Assembly: GCA_963719315.1 (NCBI GenBank)
Contig: CAVRBU010000002.1
Coordinates: forward strand, 640,001 to 704,000
Source: an uncultured Planctomycetota bacterium
GTDB lineage: Bacteria > Planctomycetota > Planctomycetia > Pirellulales > Lacipirellulaceae
Direction of reading: 5' to 3'
DNA: 64,000 bases
This document shows, in pieces, positions 9,580 to 20,483 of this stretch. The translations under genes were made by a program, and so were the position numbers. Position 1 is the first letter of the stretch; every line of letters starts with the position of its first letter. The notes beneath the pieces were generated by a model. The model was not told where the DNA came from and ran no database searches. It worked only from the letters and a program-made list of their open reading frames with translations.

Positions 9580-12500
9580 TCAGTGTGCGCATCGAGCGAA
9601 TCGGCGAAAGGTGAGGTCGTTGGAGTACGGCGGTCGAGCAGCAGCGACAGATTCGCGGATTCGGCCGCGGTTAGCGACGCAATCGGCGGTGAAACGGGCC
9701 GCACCTCGAAGTTGCGCGGTCCCAGTCGCGATCGCACCGGCCTCGATCGCGACTGCATTCACGGCCGATGCATTATTCGACTCATTGGGGGGCGACACGC
9801 TTGTCGCGCTCGGCGCGGGCACGCTCACGCTGGCCGCGGCCGCGAATACGTCCGCGTCGGCTCCGCTGCCGGGGTCGAGACCACCGTTTGGCACGCCAAC
9901 GGCACCGAAGTTTGCGCGCAAAATGTGTAGTCCGCTTGATCGACGATCCCGTTCGGCACGCCGACCGTGGGACCGCTTCCGTCGGCTTGCGGGTTCGTCG
10001 TGCCGAGCGTCTTGCGCCAGAGAACGTAGTCGGAGGCGTCCACCACTCCGTTCAAGTTGTAATCACCAGCCGTGAAAACTCGGCCCGGCGAGCCGACGTC
10101 GGCGTTAGAAAAAGTCCCGCCCGTCGGCGAAACCGCCTTGGCAGTAGTCGTAGAGCGAGCCCAGTTCGAGCCGACGTTGTTATCCGCTGCCAAATTCTTC
10201 AGATAGATGCTCGGCCCGTCGGCCGCCGAGGGCCACGGGCTAGTGTCGTCGTAATTGACGACGTCCACTTCCACGCCGAAATTATCGAGCAATTGCAAGA
10301 TTTCGTTTGTTGCGCTCGGAGTGTTACCGAGGCTGCCCCAATCGATTCCAATCACCAAGGAACTCGCCGGCACGGACCACTCCGCGCGAAACGTGGCCGC
10401 TGTCGCAAATGCGGAATCGAAGAATACGGCCACCTGATTCGGGTTTAATATAGTGCCGGACGGAATGGCGCCCCAGTTCGTCGCGTCCTCGTCGTCGAAC
10501 AGCCAGCCGCTGAGATCGGTGGCTGACGCGCCCGTGTTGACGATCTCGATCCACTCACCGACGCCCGGGCTCGTTTCGTCGGAGGCCGGGTTGTACATCA
10601 GTTCGCTAATCACGATCGACGTGGACGACGATAAATCATTGTCGACAATATTGGCGATCACACTGCTAACGGCGAGCCCGTTGTATTGGCTGTCGGCGCT
10701 GGTGACGGTGTGCGTGATGACCGAAGTGTGATTACCCTCGATGGCCACGTCATCGACAGCAGAGACGGTGATCGTTTGCGGAATTAACGCATTGGCGGGA
10801 GTGAATGTTAGTGCGATCGCCACGCCGGGACCAGCACCGAGGTCGGTCTGATCGTCGGGATCGACCGTAATTTGCACATTTGCTGTGGGGATCGAGACAA
10901 GTGCAAGCTGGTAACTATCACTTGCGCCGCCTTCCTGTACATCCACTCGCGACGCGCTTTGCAGGATGAGCACGCCAAACGGCAAGGCCTGGTTAAATGT
11001 TTCGGGCGTCGGAGCTTGCGCAACGTATTTGGTAGTATCCAGCGGCATGCCGCCATCGGGAACGCGCGATAAGGATTGCAACGTTCCCATGCCGTTTTGA
11101 TTCTCGTTGACCTGTGGTTGGCCAGGATTGAGGGCATCGATCAGATCCTGATCCAATGTGGCGCCTGTGTTGTAGACAATTGCGTCGCGGAGGTGACTGG
11201 TGGTGGGAGCGGAGTTGTTGGGCCATGGATTGGGAGCAATTGCCAACTCGGCGGCGGTGTAGTGATACAAGCCAACACCGTCGGGGCCGTTTTGCAATGT
11301 GTTATTGCTAAAGGTTACATCTGGCGTCGGAGTGACGCCGGTATTGCCCAGCACAAAAAACCCGGCGGCGTTCGTTTGCATGCCGTCGAGATCAAACGAA
11401 GAATACGAACCGTTGTTGGCCGCGTTCCCGTTAAAAAACACGACGAAGTATCCATTCAACGAAGCATTGCCGACGCCGCCGTCGTACAGCTCGACGAACT
11501 CCATCGAGTCGATGCCCGATTGGTCGGAGTCGAGCTCGTTGATGACGATTTTGGGCGCGTCGTTATCCACGATGGCTACCAGGACATTCGCAACCGCCAA
11601 GCCGCTGTACGCGGCGTCGGTGCTAGCGGATGTATGTGTAATCAGACCGGTATCATCGCCTTCCTCAACCGCGTCATCAGCCGCATGCACCACGACCGTT
11701 TGCGGCGTCAGCGCGTTGGCGGGCGTAAAAGTGAGCTGCGTGGACGCTCCGGCGCCATTGCCGACATCGAGCTGCGAATCGGGCGTTACGGTGACGGTGA
11801 CATTCGCGCTTGGCACCGTGTCGAGCACGATTTGGTACGTATCATAGAGCCCCCCCTCGACGACCTTCGTACCGCCGAGCGTCTCGGCGATTCGCACGTT
11901 TGGCGTCGAGACGATGACCTGATAGTCGGCCACCACCGGCAAGTGGTCGCTGGCCGCCACTAATGCGTCGAGCACTGTTGGACTCGCGCCGGTTCCGGTA
12001 GTGATTGCCGCGTCGAACGTGTGGGTCCCATTATTTCCGAACACGTGATACGAGTTGCTGACGTAATCCACACCGACGCCATCGAATAATTCGCCCGTGG
12101 CAAACTGGATGTCGAAGCGATCATCCATCGAGGTCCGCGGGTCTTGCGAGTGCAAGCTTTTAAATGCCGGATTGTTGTCCCAATCGCCCGGCGCATCGGC
12201 GACATCTTGCAATTGGCCGGCACCCGCCGATACGAAATTGGCATACGCGGTCTCGGCGCTGGATTGCATGTTGAAGTCGCCGACGAATAGCACCTGAGCG
12301 CCTTCGCCGAGCGAATCGGCGTCGTCGCGGAGAAAGGCCGCTTCGGAGCCGCGGAGAGTGGCATCCGAACCGGAGCCGCCTGACTTCAAATGAATACTAT
12401 AGACGTAAAATACGCTTGTGGTCGGCGAGCCGACGGGCTGAAACTTGCCGCGCAAAACATTGTGCGTCAGTGTTCCCGAGCCGACCTGGACCGACTCCAA

Positions 12501-12890
12501 CAGTGAAACGCTGGAAGTGTCGTACACGAAACCCGTGCTGTCGCCGCCGCCATCGATCGGGGTCACTGCCGAAACGTAATTGGTCGAAGGGTACAGGGCA
12601 TCGAGAACGGACTCGATCCGGCCAATCGAGTTGCCTCCGGGCCCTGGACCGTCGGTCTCCTGCAACGCGAGGATATCGATGCGTTGCGTATTGCCCGCAA
12701 CAGTTTCGTCGCCGATCGCTTGGAGCACCGTCGAGAAATTGGCGTCGCCGGTGGCATCATTCGGACCGTTGAGCGTATTCCAATCCACGATCCGCATGAC
12801 GGCGAGCAGATCGCGGCGCTCGAGCACTTCGAAGCCCAGCCGCCGACGAAACATAGAAGCGCTAAGGGCTCGAAAAGAGCGAAGAATCAT
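9580..12890 (-). CDS. Large secreted EEP-family nuclease/phosphatase with lamin-tail domains, Calx-beta-like repeats and a dockerin-like tail; frameshift ~9923
   Basis: Planctomycete leader RRRLGFEVLERRDLLA; EEP motifs WNT, LQE, GDFN, SDH; INELDSD and ISELMYNP LTD starts; GDYNLNGVVDASDYVLWRKTLG; DYTF(W)RANFG continues in ORF 9580-9921. Confidence 0.85.
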
Positions 12891-13051
12891 GCCACTGTTC
12901 CTGATCCGCGACGCCCAGCGCAGCGCCGGGTCGCAAACCGCATTTTAACCTGCCATTGCAGAACGCGACAAAGATTTTTTTGCCGCTTTCCGCACCAATA
13001 ACGGCTTAAACCACCGCCTTTAGCTACCGGCAGAGCCACGCAAGAGTGGCC

Positions 13052-13543
13052 TTATGGCTTGTCGCTTGACTTCGCATCGGCGCGGGCTCTCGAAGAGAAG
13101 ATTTTGGCAATGCTTCCACGAAAGCCGTTCAAAATTGACTTGTACGCGGCAGACTCCGCTTCGTATTGCTTTTGGGCAACGTCGCGACGATTGATGGCCC
13201 CGGATATTTCGTCTATGAATTTTCGATCCAGCGGATTGGTTGGATCGACCTGAGAAGCCATCGTCTTCTGAAAGCCGGAGACAATCTGTCCGTACCGCTC
13301 GTGGCGCTCTTGCGGATCGGTCGCACTCTGATAGGCTTTTACCGCCGTTTGGACTTCCGGAGTGGTCTTATCCGAGTCGCCTAGCAGCTTTAACAAGCGC
13401 TGCTCATGTTTGTGCATTTCATCGTCCGCAAGTTCTACTCGATGGCGGGCGTTGGCGGCGGTGCGCAAGCTGTCCCACGTGTAGGCTGCTGCCAGCAGCA
13501 GCATCATTCCCACGATCGCGAAAGGCAGAATTAACTTCTTCAT
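13052..13543 (-). CDS. LemA-like helical membrane-anchored protein
   Basis: Starts MKKLILPFAIVGMMLL at an ATGA overlap with the lemA stop; ends with INRRDVAQKQYE...FRGSIAK, resembling the LemA C-terminus. Confidence 0.6.
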   Translation of the reverse strand: MKKLILPFAIVGMMLLLAAAYTWDSLRTAANARHRVELADDEMHKHEQRLLKLLGDSDKTTPEVQTAVKAYQSATDPQERHERYGQIVSGFQKTMASQVDPTNPLDRKFIDEISGAINRRDVAQKQYEAESAAYKSILNGFRGSIAKIFSSRARADAKSSDKP

Positions 13544-14095
13544 GAGAGTTTTACCACTGGTGGTTCTTGAACTTCCGCATCGGGCACGTCGAAATACGCC
13601 CGTTCCGAAAAATCCTGAATACCGGCAACAACGTTCGACGGCGCGGATCGGATCAGGTTCAGATACATGTTGACCGTTTGATTGTAGGAATGCCGTCGCT
13701 CGGCGATTCGGTTTTCGGTCTCGGTCAACTCTTTTTGCAGATTGAGAAAACTCTGGTCGGCGCAGCTGTGGGTAGTTCTCGGCAAGGACCATGATGCTAC
13801 TGATCGTGCGCCTGAGATCGGGCTCGGCGGAATTGGCTGCCGTGGCGTCGCTAAAGGGGCGCGCCTGCGTCCGCAGGGCAGCCACTTGCGTGAACGTTTC
13901 GCGTTCGTACTTGGCGTAGCCTTTGGCGATTTCCACGAGATTTTGGATCAAATCGAGCCGGCGCTTGAGTTCCACCTCGATGTGCGACCACGCCTGGTCG
14001 ACGGCGTTGCGCGCCTTGGTTAAGGAATTATAAGTGAGAACATACCACAGAACGACTACGCCGCAGAACACGGCCGCTGCTATCGTAAAGTACAT
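13540..14095 (-). CDS. lemA: LemA family protein, apparent frameshift ~13762
   Basis: YNSL..ARNAVDQAWSHIEVELKRRLDLIQNL...AENYPQLR / ADQSFLNLQKELTETENRIA.RR.YN. Confidence 0.9.
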
Positions 14096-15342
14096 CACCA
14101 CCCTCCTCCGGCCCCGCCGCCGCCGCTGGAACCCCCACCAAACCCGCCGCCGCCCCCGCCCCCAAATCCGCCGCCACCGCCGAATGAACCGCCGCCGTTC
14201 GAGCTGCTCGATGTGGACATAACCGGCTGCGGCGGGAGGATGATTGTGCGTACGGTCTTATGATTGCATGCCACGCACCGGCCATCTACCGTTGCGATCC
14301 CGCTTTGAATTGTGGTGGCGGGACGTACGATACGCTGAGAATCTTCCTTAAACGTGCGCCCGTGGCATTTTTCGCACTTCGAGTAACCGGAAAACCGATT
14401 GATGTACTCCTCCGTGTCTTGGTTTAAACAGGCAGGACAAATCCACACGTCGTAGTCGACCGAGCCGATCTTCTCTTCCAACTGCTGAACGGAAGTTAAT
14501 TTCGGATCGTCATCTTGCTCGCTCAATAGCTCCAACTGCGTGCCGCACTTCGAGCAACCGTGTGGGCCGAAGCGCCGGTACTTCGTGTAGTTGTAACCCC
14601 AAGTCGCGATCGAAGCAGCGGCCGCGCCGCCGAACAACACGAGCGGTTGCTGCGCCCGCGGTGTGCGCCACAGGAAAAAAGCGGCAACGAGGAGCAGAAT
14701 CGCGACGATCGTCGTTGTCAGCGCGAAAGCGGTCGTCGAATAGAGCCGCCGAACAACGACGAGAAACGCAATGACGAGCATCGCCAGCGCGGCGGCGGCC
14801 ACTACGCCCGTGGCCGCAAGTGCCCGGTGCCGCGCGGTTCGGGCCAACATCGGCGCCGAATTGGGATCGCCGCGCGCCGCCGCGGGGTCGGACAGCAATA
14901 CCGTCGCCAGTTGATTGGCGCCGTCCCGAATGCCGGCCGCGTAATCGCCCCGCTTGAAGTGTGGGATCACGTTCTTGTCGCGAATCTCTCCGCAAAACGC
15001 GTCGGTCAGCAGCGGCTCGACTCCGTAACCGACGGCGATCCACATCCGCCGCTCGTTCGGAGCAATCAGGAACAACACGCCGTTGTTCGTCGCGCGTTGA
15101 CCGATACCCCAATTGTTGAACAACTCATTCGCATACGACTCGACCGTCTGGCCATCCAAAGATTTCACCGTCACGATCGCCAACTGGGCAGTTGTCTGAC
15201 GTTCAACGTCGCGGGAGATTCGCTCCAGCTCTGCTTGCTGGTCGCCCGAGAGGAGGTTCGCGAAATCGTGGACGCGCGCAGCGGGATTCTGCGGTTGCAC
15301 GACCGCCAACACCACCGCTGCGATGAGGCCCATGAATAGCAT
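14095..15342 (-). CDS. TPM-domain membrane protein with Zn ribbons and Gly-rich tail
   Basis: VHDFANLLS, WGIGQRATNNGVLFLIA, VGYGVEPLLTD; CxxC pairs; FGGGSSGGGGAGGGW end; TGATG overlap with lemA. Confidence 0.9.
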   Translation of the reverse strand: MLFMGLIAAVVLAVVQPQNPAARVHDFANLLSGDQQAELERISRDVERQTTAQLAIVTVKSLDGQTVESYANELFNNWGIGQRATNNGVLFLIAPNERRMWIAVGYGVEPLLTDAFCGEIRDKNVIPHFKRGDYAAGIRDGANQLATVLLSDPAAARGDPNSAPMLARTARHRALAATGVVAAAALAMLVIAFLVVVRRLYSTTAFALTTTIVAILLLVAAFFLWRTPRAQQPLVLFGGAAAASIATWGYNYTKYRRFGPHGCSKCGTQLELLSEQDDDPKLTSVQQLEEKIGSVDYDVWICPACLNQDTEEYINRFSGYSKCEKCHGRTFKEDSQRIVRPATTIQSGIATVDGRCVACNHKTVRTIILPPQPVMSTSSSSNGGGSFGGGGGFGGGGGGGFGGGSSGGGGAGGGW

Positions 15343-15489
15343 GCTCGAGGCTCCTGCGCCCGCTCCAGCCTTAGCAGTAGTTCGCTGGGAAAGCGGCCTG
15401 CTTGGCACTATACCAGCGCAGCCAGCCATCCGAACACACTTCGTTTCATCCAATTATCCGGACAACCCCCATCGACTCGCACCGCGCAC

Positions 15490-15516
15490 AAAAAAAGCCC
15501 CATCGCTCTGGGGCTT
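15490..15516 (-). terminator. Intrinsic terminator after tRNA-Ala
   Basis: AAGCCCCA...TGGGGCTT hairpin plus T-run on the minus strand. Confidence 0.7.
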
Positions 15517-15534
15517 GGACTGAAGCATAATAAG

Positions 15535-15607
15535 TGGAGGATAGCGGGCTCGAACCGCTGACCTTTTGGCTGCCAGCCAAACGCTCTCCCAACTGAGCTA
15601 ATCCCCC
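15535..15607 (-). tRNA. tRNA-Ala(GGC)
   Basis: GGGGGATTAGCTCAGTTGGGAGAGCGTTTGGCTGGCAGCCAAAAGGTCAGCGGTTCGAGCCCGCTATCCTCCA; G3:U70 pair; CCA not encoded. Confidence 0.97.
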
Positions 15608-15757
15608 ACGGAATCGTCACCTGAAAAGTATCAGTCAACTTGCCAGGTGTCAACCGCAGGGCGCGGGTGTCAGGCTTTCTTGCCGGACGAATTTGTCTGT
15701 ATCGTCGGACTGGAACGCCTGACTTGCGGCGCGGACGGCGTCGGGCCGGAATGCCCG

Positions 15758-16792
15758 ATGGACATCATGCATTCACACGCACGACGGACCGCCCTTACCG
15801 GGCTCAAGATCGCGCTCGCCCTGGCCATCCTTGGCTATCTGGTGATCCAGGCCCGCGACCCAATCGCGCAGTTATCTGAAAAGACGATCGACTGGCGGTT
15901 TATGGCCGCCGCGCTCCTGTGCTCGTTGGTAACCGCTACGCTCGGTTTCGTGCGCTGGCACATCTTGGTTCGCGCGCTGGATATCGGCGTTCGACTGGTC
16001 GATTCGCTACGACTCGGCGCGTTGGGGTTCGCGCTGAACTTCGTGTCGCCGGGGTCGATCGGCGGCGATTTCTTCAAGGCCGTCTTTCTCGCCCATGGTC
16101 AGCCGGGCAAACGCACGGAAGCCGTGGCCAGCGTCGTGGCCGACCGTGTCACCGGTTTGTTGACGCAACTTGTCATCGCCAGCAGCGGAATCCTGATGGT
16201 CGGGTTGCTCCAGGCAAAGTCTCCGTCATTGCGCCTGCTGTGCCAGACAATTCTAATTGCCACGGCAATCGGGTGGGCTGGGTTCTTATTCGTCATGTTC
16301 GCGGGCCGGCCTCTGGGAGCCTGGATTCGTGGCCGTGCCGAAGCCATTCCAGTCGTCGGCAAGACGGGGGCGCGACTGCTAGGCGCTGTGGACATCTATC
16401 GCGGACGCAAGCGAATGCTCTTCGGTGCCTTCAGCGTTTCCGTCGTCATGGTGCTGTGCTTCGTCACGACATTCTACTTGGTGGCTCGCGGGCTGCCGAT
16501 TCATGAGCCGTCTTGGTCGGAGCATCTGGTGATTGTGCCCGTGGCCGGTTTGGTCGGGGCGATTCCGCTCACGCCCAGCGGCTTGGGTACGACGGAATTC
16601 GTGGTCGAAGAACTGTATAAGACGATGCCGGGCGGCGCCGAGGTGGTCACGGGCGACGGCACGCTGGTCGGGCTTGGCCGCCGCGCGACAGATATTGTCG
16701 TGGCGCTCTTCGGGCTAGGGTTCTATTTGAGCCACCGCCGCGAAGTGGATGAAGTTTTCGCCGAAGCCGAGCAAGAGGCAGACGAAGTGTAG
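15758..16792 (+). CDS. Lysylphosphatidylglycerol synthase TM-domain (UPF0104) protein
   Basis: RWHILV, NFVSPGSIGGDFFKA, SVVADR, IPLTPSGLG motifs; start codon approximate. Confidence 0.88.
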   Translation: MDIMHSHARRTALTGLKIALALAILGYLVIQARDPIAQLSEKTIDWRFMAAALLCSLVTATLGFVRWHILVRALDIGVRLVDSLRLGALGFALNFVSPGSIGGDFFKAVFLAHGQPGKRTEAVASVVADRVTGLLTQLVIASSGILMVGLLQAKSPSLRLLCQTILIATAIGWAGFLFVMFAGRPLGAWIRGRAEAIPVVGKTGARLLGAVDIYRGRKRMLFGAFSVSVVMVLCFVTTFYLVARGLPIHEPSWSEHLVIVPVAGLVGAIPLTPSGLGTTEFVVEELYKTMPGGAEVVTGDGTLVGLGRRATDIVVALFGLGFYLSHRREVDEVFAEAEQEADEV

Positions 16793-16887
16793 ACTTCTCG
16801 CTCCGCTCGCAGATTTTCCGCTCGCAGAGCGAGCGGCCTAAACTGGCCAGCGTATTGCCGGCGTTCGGACGTGCACCCCGATGACTT

Positions 16888-19185
16888 CTATTTCTCGTCG
16901 TCGAACGACTCGCTAAGAATCCGCTGGTAGACCATCTTCGCGTGGTCGTATGCCTCCCGAGCGGCCGTCCGTTCGGATTCGCGAATTTGCGGTGACTTCG
17001 ATTTCCAGCACCGCTCCACGGCATCCAAGCACCACTGAGCGCTCCGCTTGCTGGCACGAATCGGCTGACCATCGACCTCAACGAAAATCGGGTTCGTGTG
17101 CGCCGCCGGAAAAATGCGGAGTGCGATCCAACTCGAGCGTTCGGGCACGTACTCGAATTCCACATCGCTCGTCCGTCCGTCGGCGTCGATCAGCTTCTGA
17201 TCCACCGCCTTGCCATTGACTACGAGCTCGACCGGCACCTGCCGCGTTCCTTTGACGCGGGCTCGCTCAATATTCCAATACGGCTTCTTGCTCAAATCGC
17301 GCGTCAGAATATCGTCCGACGTGGGCAGCTCGTCGAGCAGCCCGGCGGCCCGACATTTGATCTTGAGCTTTTGCCCGCGCTTTGCCGCCAAGACGCTTTT
17401 GCGATCTCCGTTGCCCGGCTCGCCCACCCCCAAACCATCGATCTCAAAATCGAATAAGTGCGTGCGCCCGTCGCCGCAGTAGCTTCGCCCGTCGCGAACG
17501 CCGTCGACCCAGCGGTCGAAATCGAGCGGCTCGTTGGGCCGCATCTTCACGTACACTCGCCCCAGCCCGACACGCTCGCCTGAAATGCATGGAAAATCGG
17601 TCTCACCGCTGATCCGCGTTGTGAAACCGCAGTTCAGCGTGTGGTACCAGATGTTCAGCTCCCACACGATCGGAGTATCGACGGTCGAAATGAAATCGCA
17701 AGCATTGTGCGTGACATCGACGATGTACTCGTTGGCGCCGATCCCGTCGAACGGGGGCATGTCGAATGTCGGCAAGTGATCGGCGGGCACCGCCAGACCC
17801 CAACCGCTGTGTGCGAACCCGACCACGCCACCCTGCCCTTTGGCCCACTGCAAGATGGGTAGATCCCAACTGGGCCAGTCTTCGATTCGCTTGGTGTTCG
17901 GATAATCGTCCTCTTTGAGCCGGAGCAGCACCAGGTGGCCGGCGTGAGAGCTGGGGAATCCGGAAACCTCCACGTCGTACCGCATGACGTTCTGCGGTGT
18001 AGAGAGCTTGCTCACCTGGCCATCGAAGTGCTGCTTCTGATAATACCAGCACGGCCCCCAAGTCAGCACGCAGCCAACATTGAGGTCCTCGCCGACGATG
18101 TGCCGCATCATGTCTGCCGGCTCCACGCCTTGCGTAGGCGATGAATAGTGCGCGCAACCTGCCGCATGCACGTGATGATCGCCCGAGTACCAGCCCGCCT
18201 CCGCCATGTTGATCCAGCGCTTGAGTTGGAACTCTTGGGTCTGGGGCTCCGCTGCCGTCACGTCGATCTCTCGCTCCAGCACGCGATACTCCGGACCGCG
18301 AGTGTAACGAACGCGATACTTGCCGGGCGGCAGTAATACTTCCTCGCCGTCGCGGCGATACACCTGGTCGTGGAAGAAAAAGTCGGGCGCCAATCGGCGA
18401 GCCCGGGCCGGATACACACGCCCACGGCTATCGCGTATCGTGAACTGGCCCGTGGTGGGCGTACCGTCGTCGTCGAGCACTTTCAATTTCACTTGGGCAC
18501 ACGCCTCGCAGTCAAATAGCGCGTTGACCTCGTTACGAAAACCCAAGTCCTGCGTGCCCTGCCCCACATCGAACGCCAGCTTGGCCTCTCGCCGCCCGCG
18601 GTCGCGGCTGTATAACTCGATGACGCAATACTCCAGCTCCAGCCCGGATAGCCGCTCAGCCAGCGGCGGCTCACGATCGATGCTCACGTCCATCCATCGC
18701 TGCACTACATCGCCCTGTGAAATCTTTTGCGGCGGCTCGGCGCTATTGTTCGAGTCGTGCAGCGACGCCGCATTTGGGCTCGAACATCGCAGTGGGGCCG
18801 TCACACCCGCCCGGTTGTCAACTTTCACCAGAAACGTCCGCCAGCCTTGCTCGACAAGCTGCAAGGGCGCCGGGCCAAGCTGCACCTTGACGCGACTCTC
18901 AGGATTGATCTCAACGACCGCCAGGCACAACGGATCAAGTACCTGCTGGATCTTCTCGACGGCCTTCGCGGGTTCTTGGGTGGACAAAGCCACCTGCAAG
19001 GCCGCCTGCTGCTCTTTAGAGAGAGGCGACCCGGCCAACTCAAGCGCCTGAACCACCCGCTCCACCTGTGCGGCCAACGGCTGAAACTCCACACCGCGAA
19101 CGATCGGAAGACTCTCCGCCCAGAGTGAATTCGCGATTGCGATGCACAAACAGGCCGCAAAAAGTGCTGTTCGTCCGACGCGCAT
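16888..19185 (-). CDS. CehA/McbA-family (PHP-like) secreted metallohydrolase
   Basis: Signal peptide; GWYSGDHHVH, AHSGWG, WYHTLNCGF, SGETDFP, AHTNPIFV. Confidence 0.85.
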   Translation of the reverse strand: MRVGRTALFAACLCIAIANSLWAESLPIVRGVEFQPLAAQVERVVQALELAGSPLSKEQQAALQVALSTQEPAKAVEKIQQVLDPLCLAVVEINPESRVKVQLGPAPLQLVEQGWRTFLVKVDNRAGVTAPLRCSSPNAASLHDSNNSAEPPQKISQGDVVQRWMDVSIDREPPLAERLSGLELEYCVIELYSRDRGRREAKLAFDVGQGTQDLGFRNEVNALFDCEACAQVKLKVLDDDGTPTTGQFTIRDSRGRVYPARARRLAPDFFFHDQVYRRDGEEVLLPPGKYRVRYTRGPEYRVLEREIDVTAAEPQTQEFQLKRWINMAEAGWYSGDHHVHAAGCAHYSSPTQGVEPADMMRHIVGEDLNVGCVLTWGPCWYYQKQHFDGQVSKLSTPQNVMRYDVEVSGFPSSHAGHLVLLRLKEDDYPNTKRIEDWPSWDLPILQWAKGQGGVVGFAHSGWGLAVPADHLPTFDMPPFDGIGANEYIVDVTHNACDFISTVDTPIVWELNIWYHTLNCGFTTRISGETDFPCISGERVGLGRVYVKMRPNEPLDFDRWVDGVRDGRSYCGDGRTHLFDFEIDGLGVGEPGNGDRKSVLAAKRGQKLKIKCRAAGLLDELPTSDDILTRDLSKKPYWNIERARVKGTRQVPVELVVNGKAVDQKLIDADGRTSDVEFEYVPERSSWIALRIFPAAHTNPIFVEVDGQPIRASKRSAQWCLDAVERCWKSKSPQIRESERTAAREAYDHAKMVYQRILSESFDDEK

Positions 19186-19314
19186 GGTTATAATACAGAC
19201 AAACTACGACGATTGAGGCCCGCTACGGGAAAAAAGGCCGTCTCGACCGATGTCGTGACCGTTGTGTAGTCGTGATTATACTTCAAAACCTGGCACGGCA
19301 CGAAGCCGAGCGAG

Positions 19315-19388
<74 letters not shown>

Positions 19389-19548
19389 GTGGTGATCGGC
19401 CTAAGCTCTATCGCTGGGCCAACTTGCAGACGACTCGCGGCCACCAGCGGTTCGCTGGACCCACCATCATGCCGGAAATCGGCGGTGGGGGCAAGGCGTG
19501 CCAAGAATCGGTGGTGTCCTAATTTGGCGCCGTTCGGACCGGAACTAT

Positions 19549-19598
19549 GTAGCACGGACTTCAGTCCATACGAGAATCACGGACTGAAGTCCGTGCCA
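19549..19598. repeat. Inverted GTAG/GTGG REP doublet (family C-like)
   Basis: GTAGCACGGACTTCAGTCC ... CACGGACTGAAGTCCGTGCCAC. Confidence 0.65.
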
Positions 19599-19842
19599 CA
19601 AGCTTGTTGTGCCGCAAATTAGGACACTACCCAAGAATCGGCGCGATACCGCTTTTCCGTGACGCATCTGGCCAAAAAAATCGTTCCTCATCGAATAGAT
19701 AGGCCAAGGAATTATCCTACGCGAACGATCGTGTCGTCGTAGTCCGGAGCACAGATCGATTGATTGATGTTGGCCAATCCGGATTAGCGACAAATAAGCA
19801 GATCGGCCTGGCGCTTGGGGTGCGCCCCGTCGAAACGCAGCA

Positions 19843-20074
19843 CTACTTCGGACTCAACTCCCAAAACGTCAGCACATTTCCGAACGGTTCGGAGATCGAC
19901 ATCTCGCGCGTGCCCCACGGTGGTGCTTCGATCCCCGGCCGCGCGTTCTTGTACTTCTTCGCCAACAGCAAATGCTGAAATTCATCCAGCCCGGTCGTCT
20001 CGATACGCATAGAACTCGCGGGCCTTCACCTCGTCGAACATCTGTAACGTCGGTGTGATCTTCCCCAAATGCAT
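19843..20074 (-). pseudogene. Glyoxalase/bleomycin-resistance superfamily gene with internal deletion
   Basis: MHLGKITPTLQMFDEVKAREFY is joined out of frame directly to MRIETTGLDEFQHLLLAKKYKNARPGIEAPPWGTREMSISEPFGNVLTFW; the central segment is absent. Confidence 0.75.
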
Positions 20075-20154
20075 GGCGTCACCCTTCTCACATTACGCTT
20101 TCCGTCGGCGCGTTCTCTGCATTTTCGACGGTTCCACCGCCGGCACAAGACACA

Positions 20155-20197
20155 AAAAAGCCGCGGAAGCCTTGAGGGGACAAAGGCTTCCGCGGCC
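20155..20197 (-). terminator. Intrinsic terminator
   Basis: GCCGCGGAAGCCTT...AAGGCTTCCGCGGC 14-bp stem with T6 on the minus strand. Confidence 0.85.
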
Positions 20198-20227
20198 GCG
20201 GGAGGGAGGAGATTCGGCTACGAGCCG

Positions 20228-20378
20228 ATCGGAGAATGCTGCCGGCCAAAAGAAGCAATCGGCGCGCCCAAATCGGCGGCAATTCAAGTGGTGGCCTGGC
20301 AACAGCGCGAAGTCGCTATTCTTGCCGAGGTGAACAGCAATGGCCGTGGTCCACCGGCTGCGACAGAACTCTCCCGAT
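20228..20378 (-). ncRNA. ssrS: Probable 6S RNA
   Basis: The ends pair (ATCGGGAGAGTTCTGTCG / CGGCAGCATTCTCCGAT). Apical stem CCT-GGCA-ATAGCG/CGCTGT-TGCC-AGG, central bubble with CCACCACTTGAA, terminator downstream. Confidence 0.65.
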
Positions 20379-20483
20379 GTTTCGCAACTGCCACCGCTCA
20401 CGAAGAACCACGTTGCGAAATCACCTCACCGGGCGGCAACCAGAAAGAAGGGCAACCAGAAGATGGAAAACCCACCCGCGCGA

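Noticed and set aside
13052..14101. 349-aa fused ORF in the track
   Set aside because: Artefact of the lemA frameshift reading into the next gene; ATGA coupling at 13540-13543 shows two genes.
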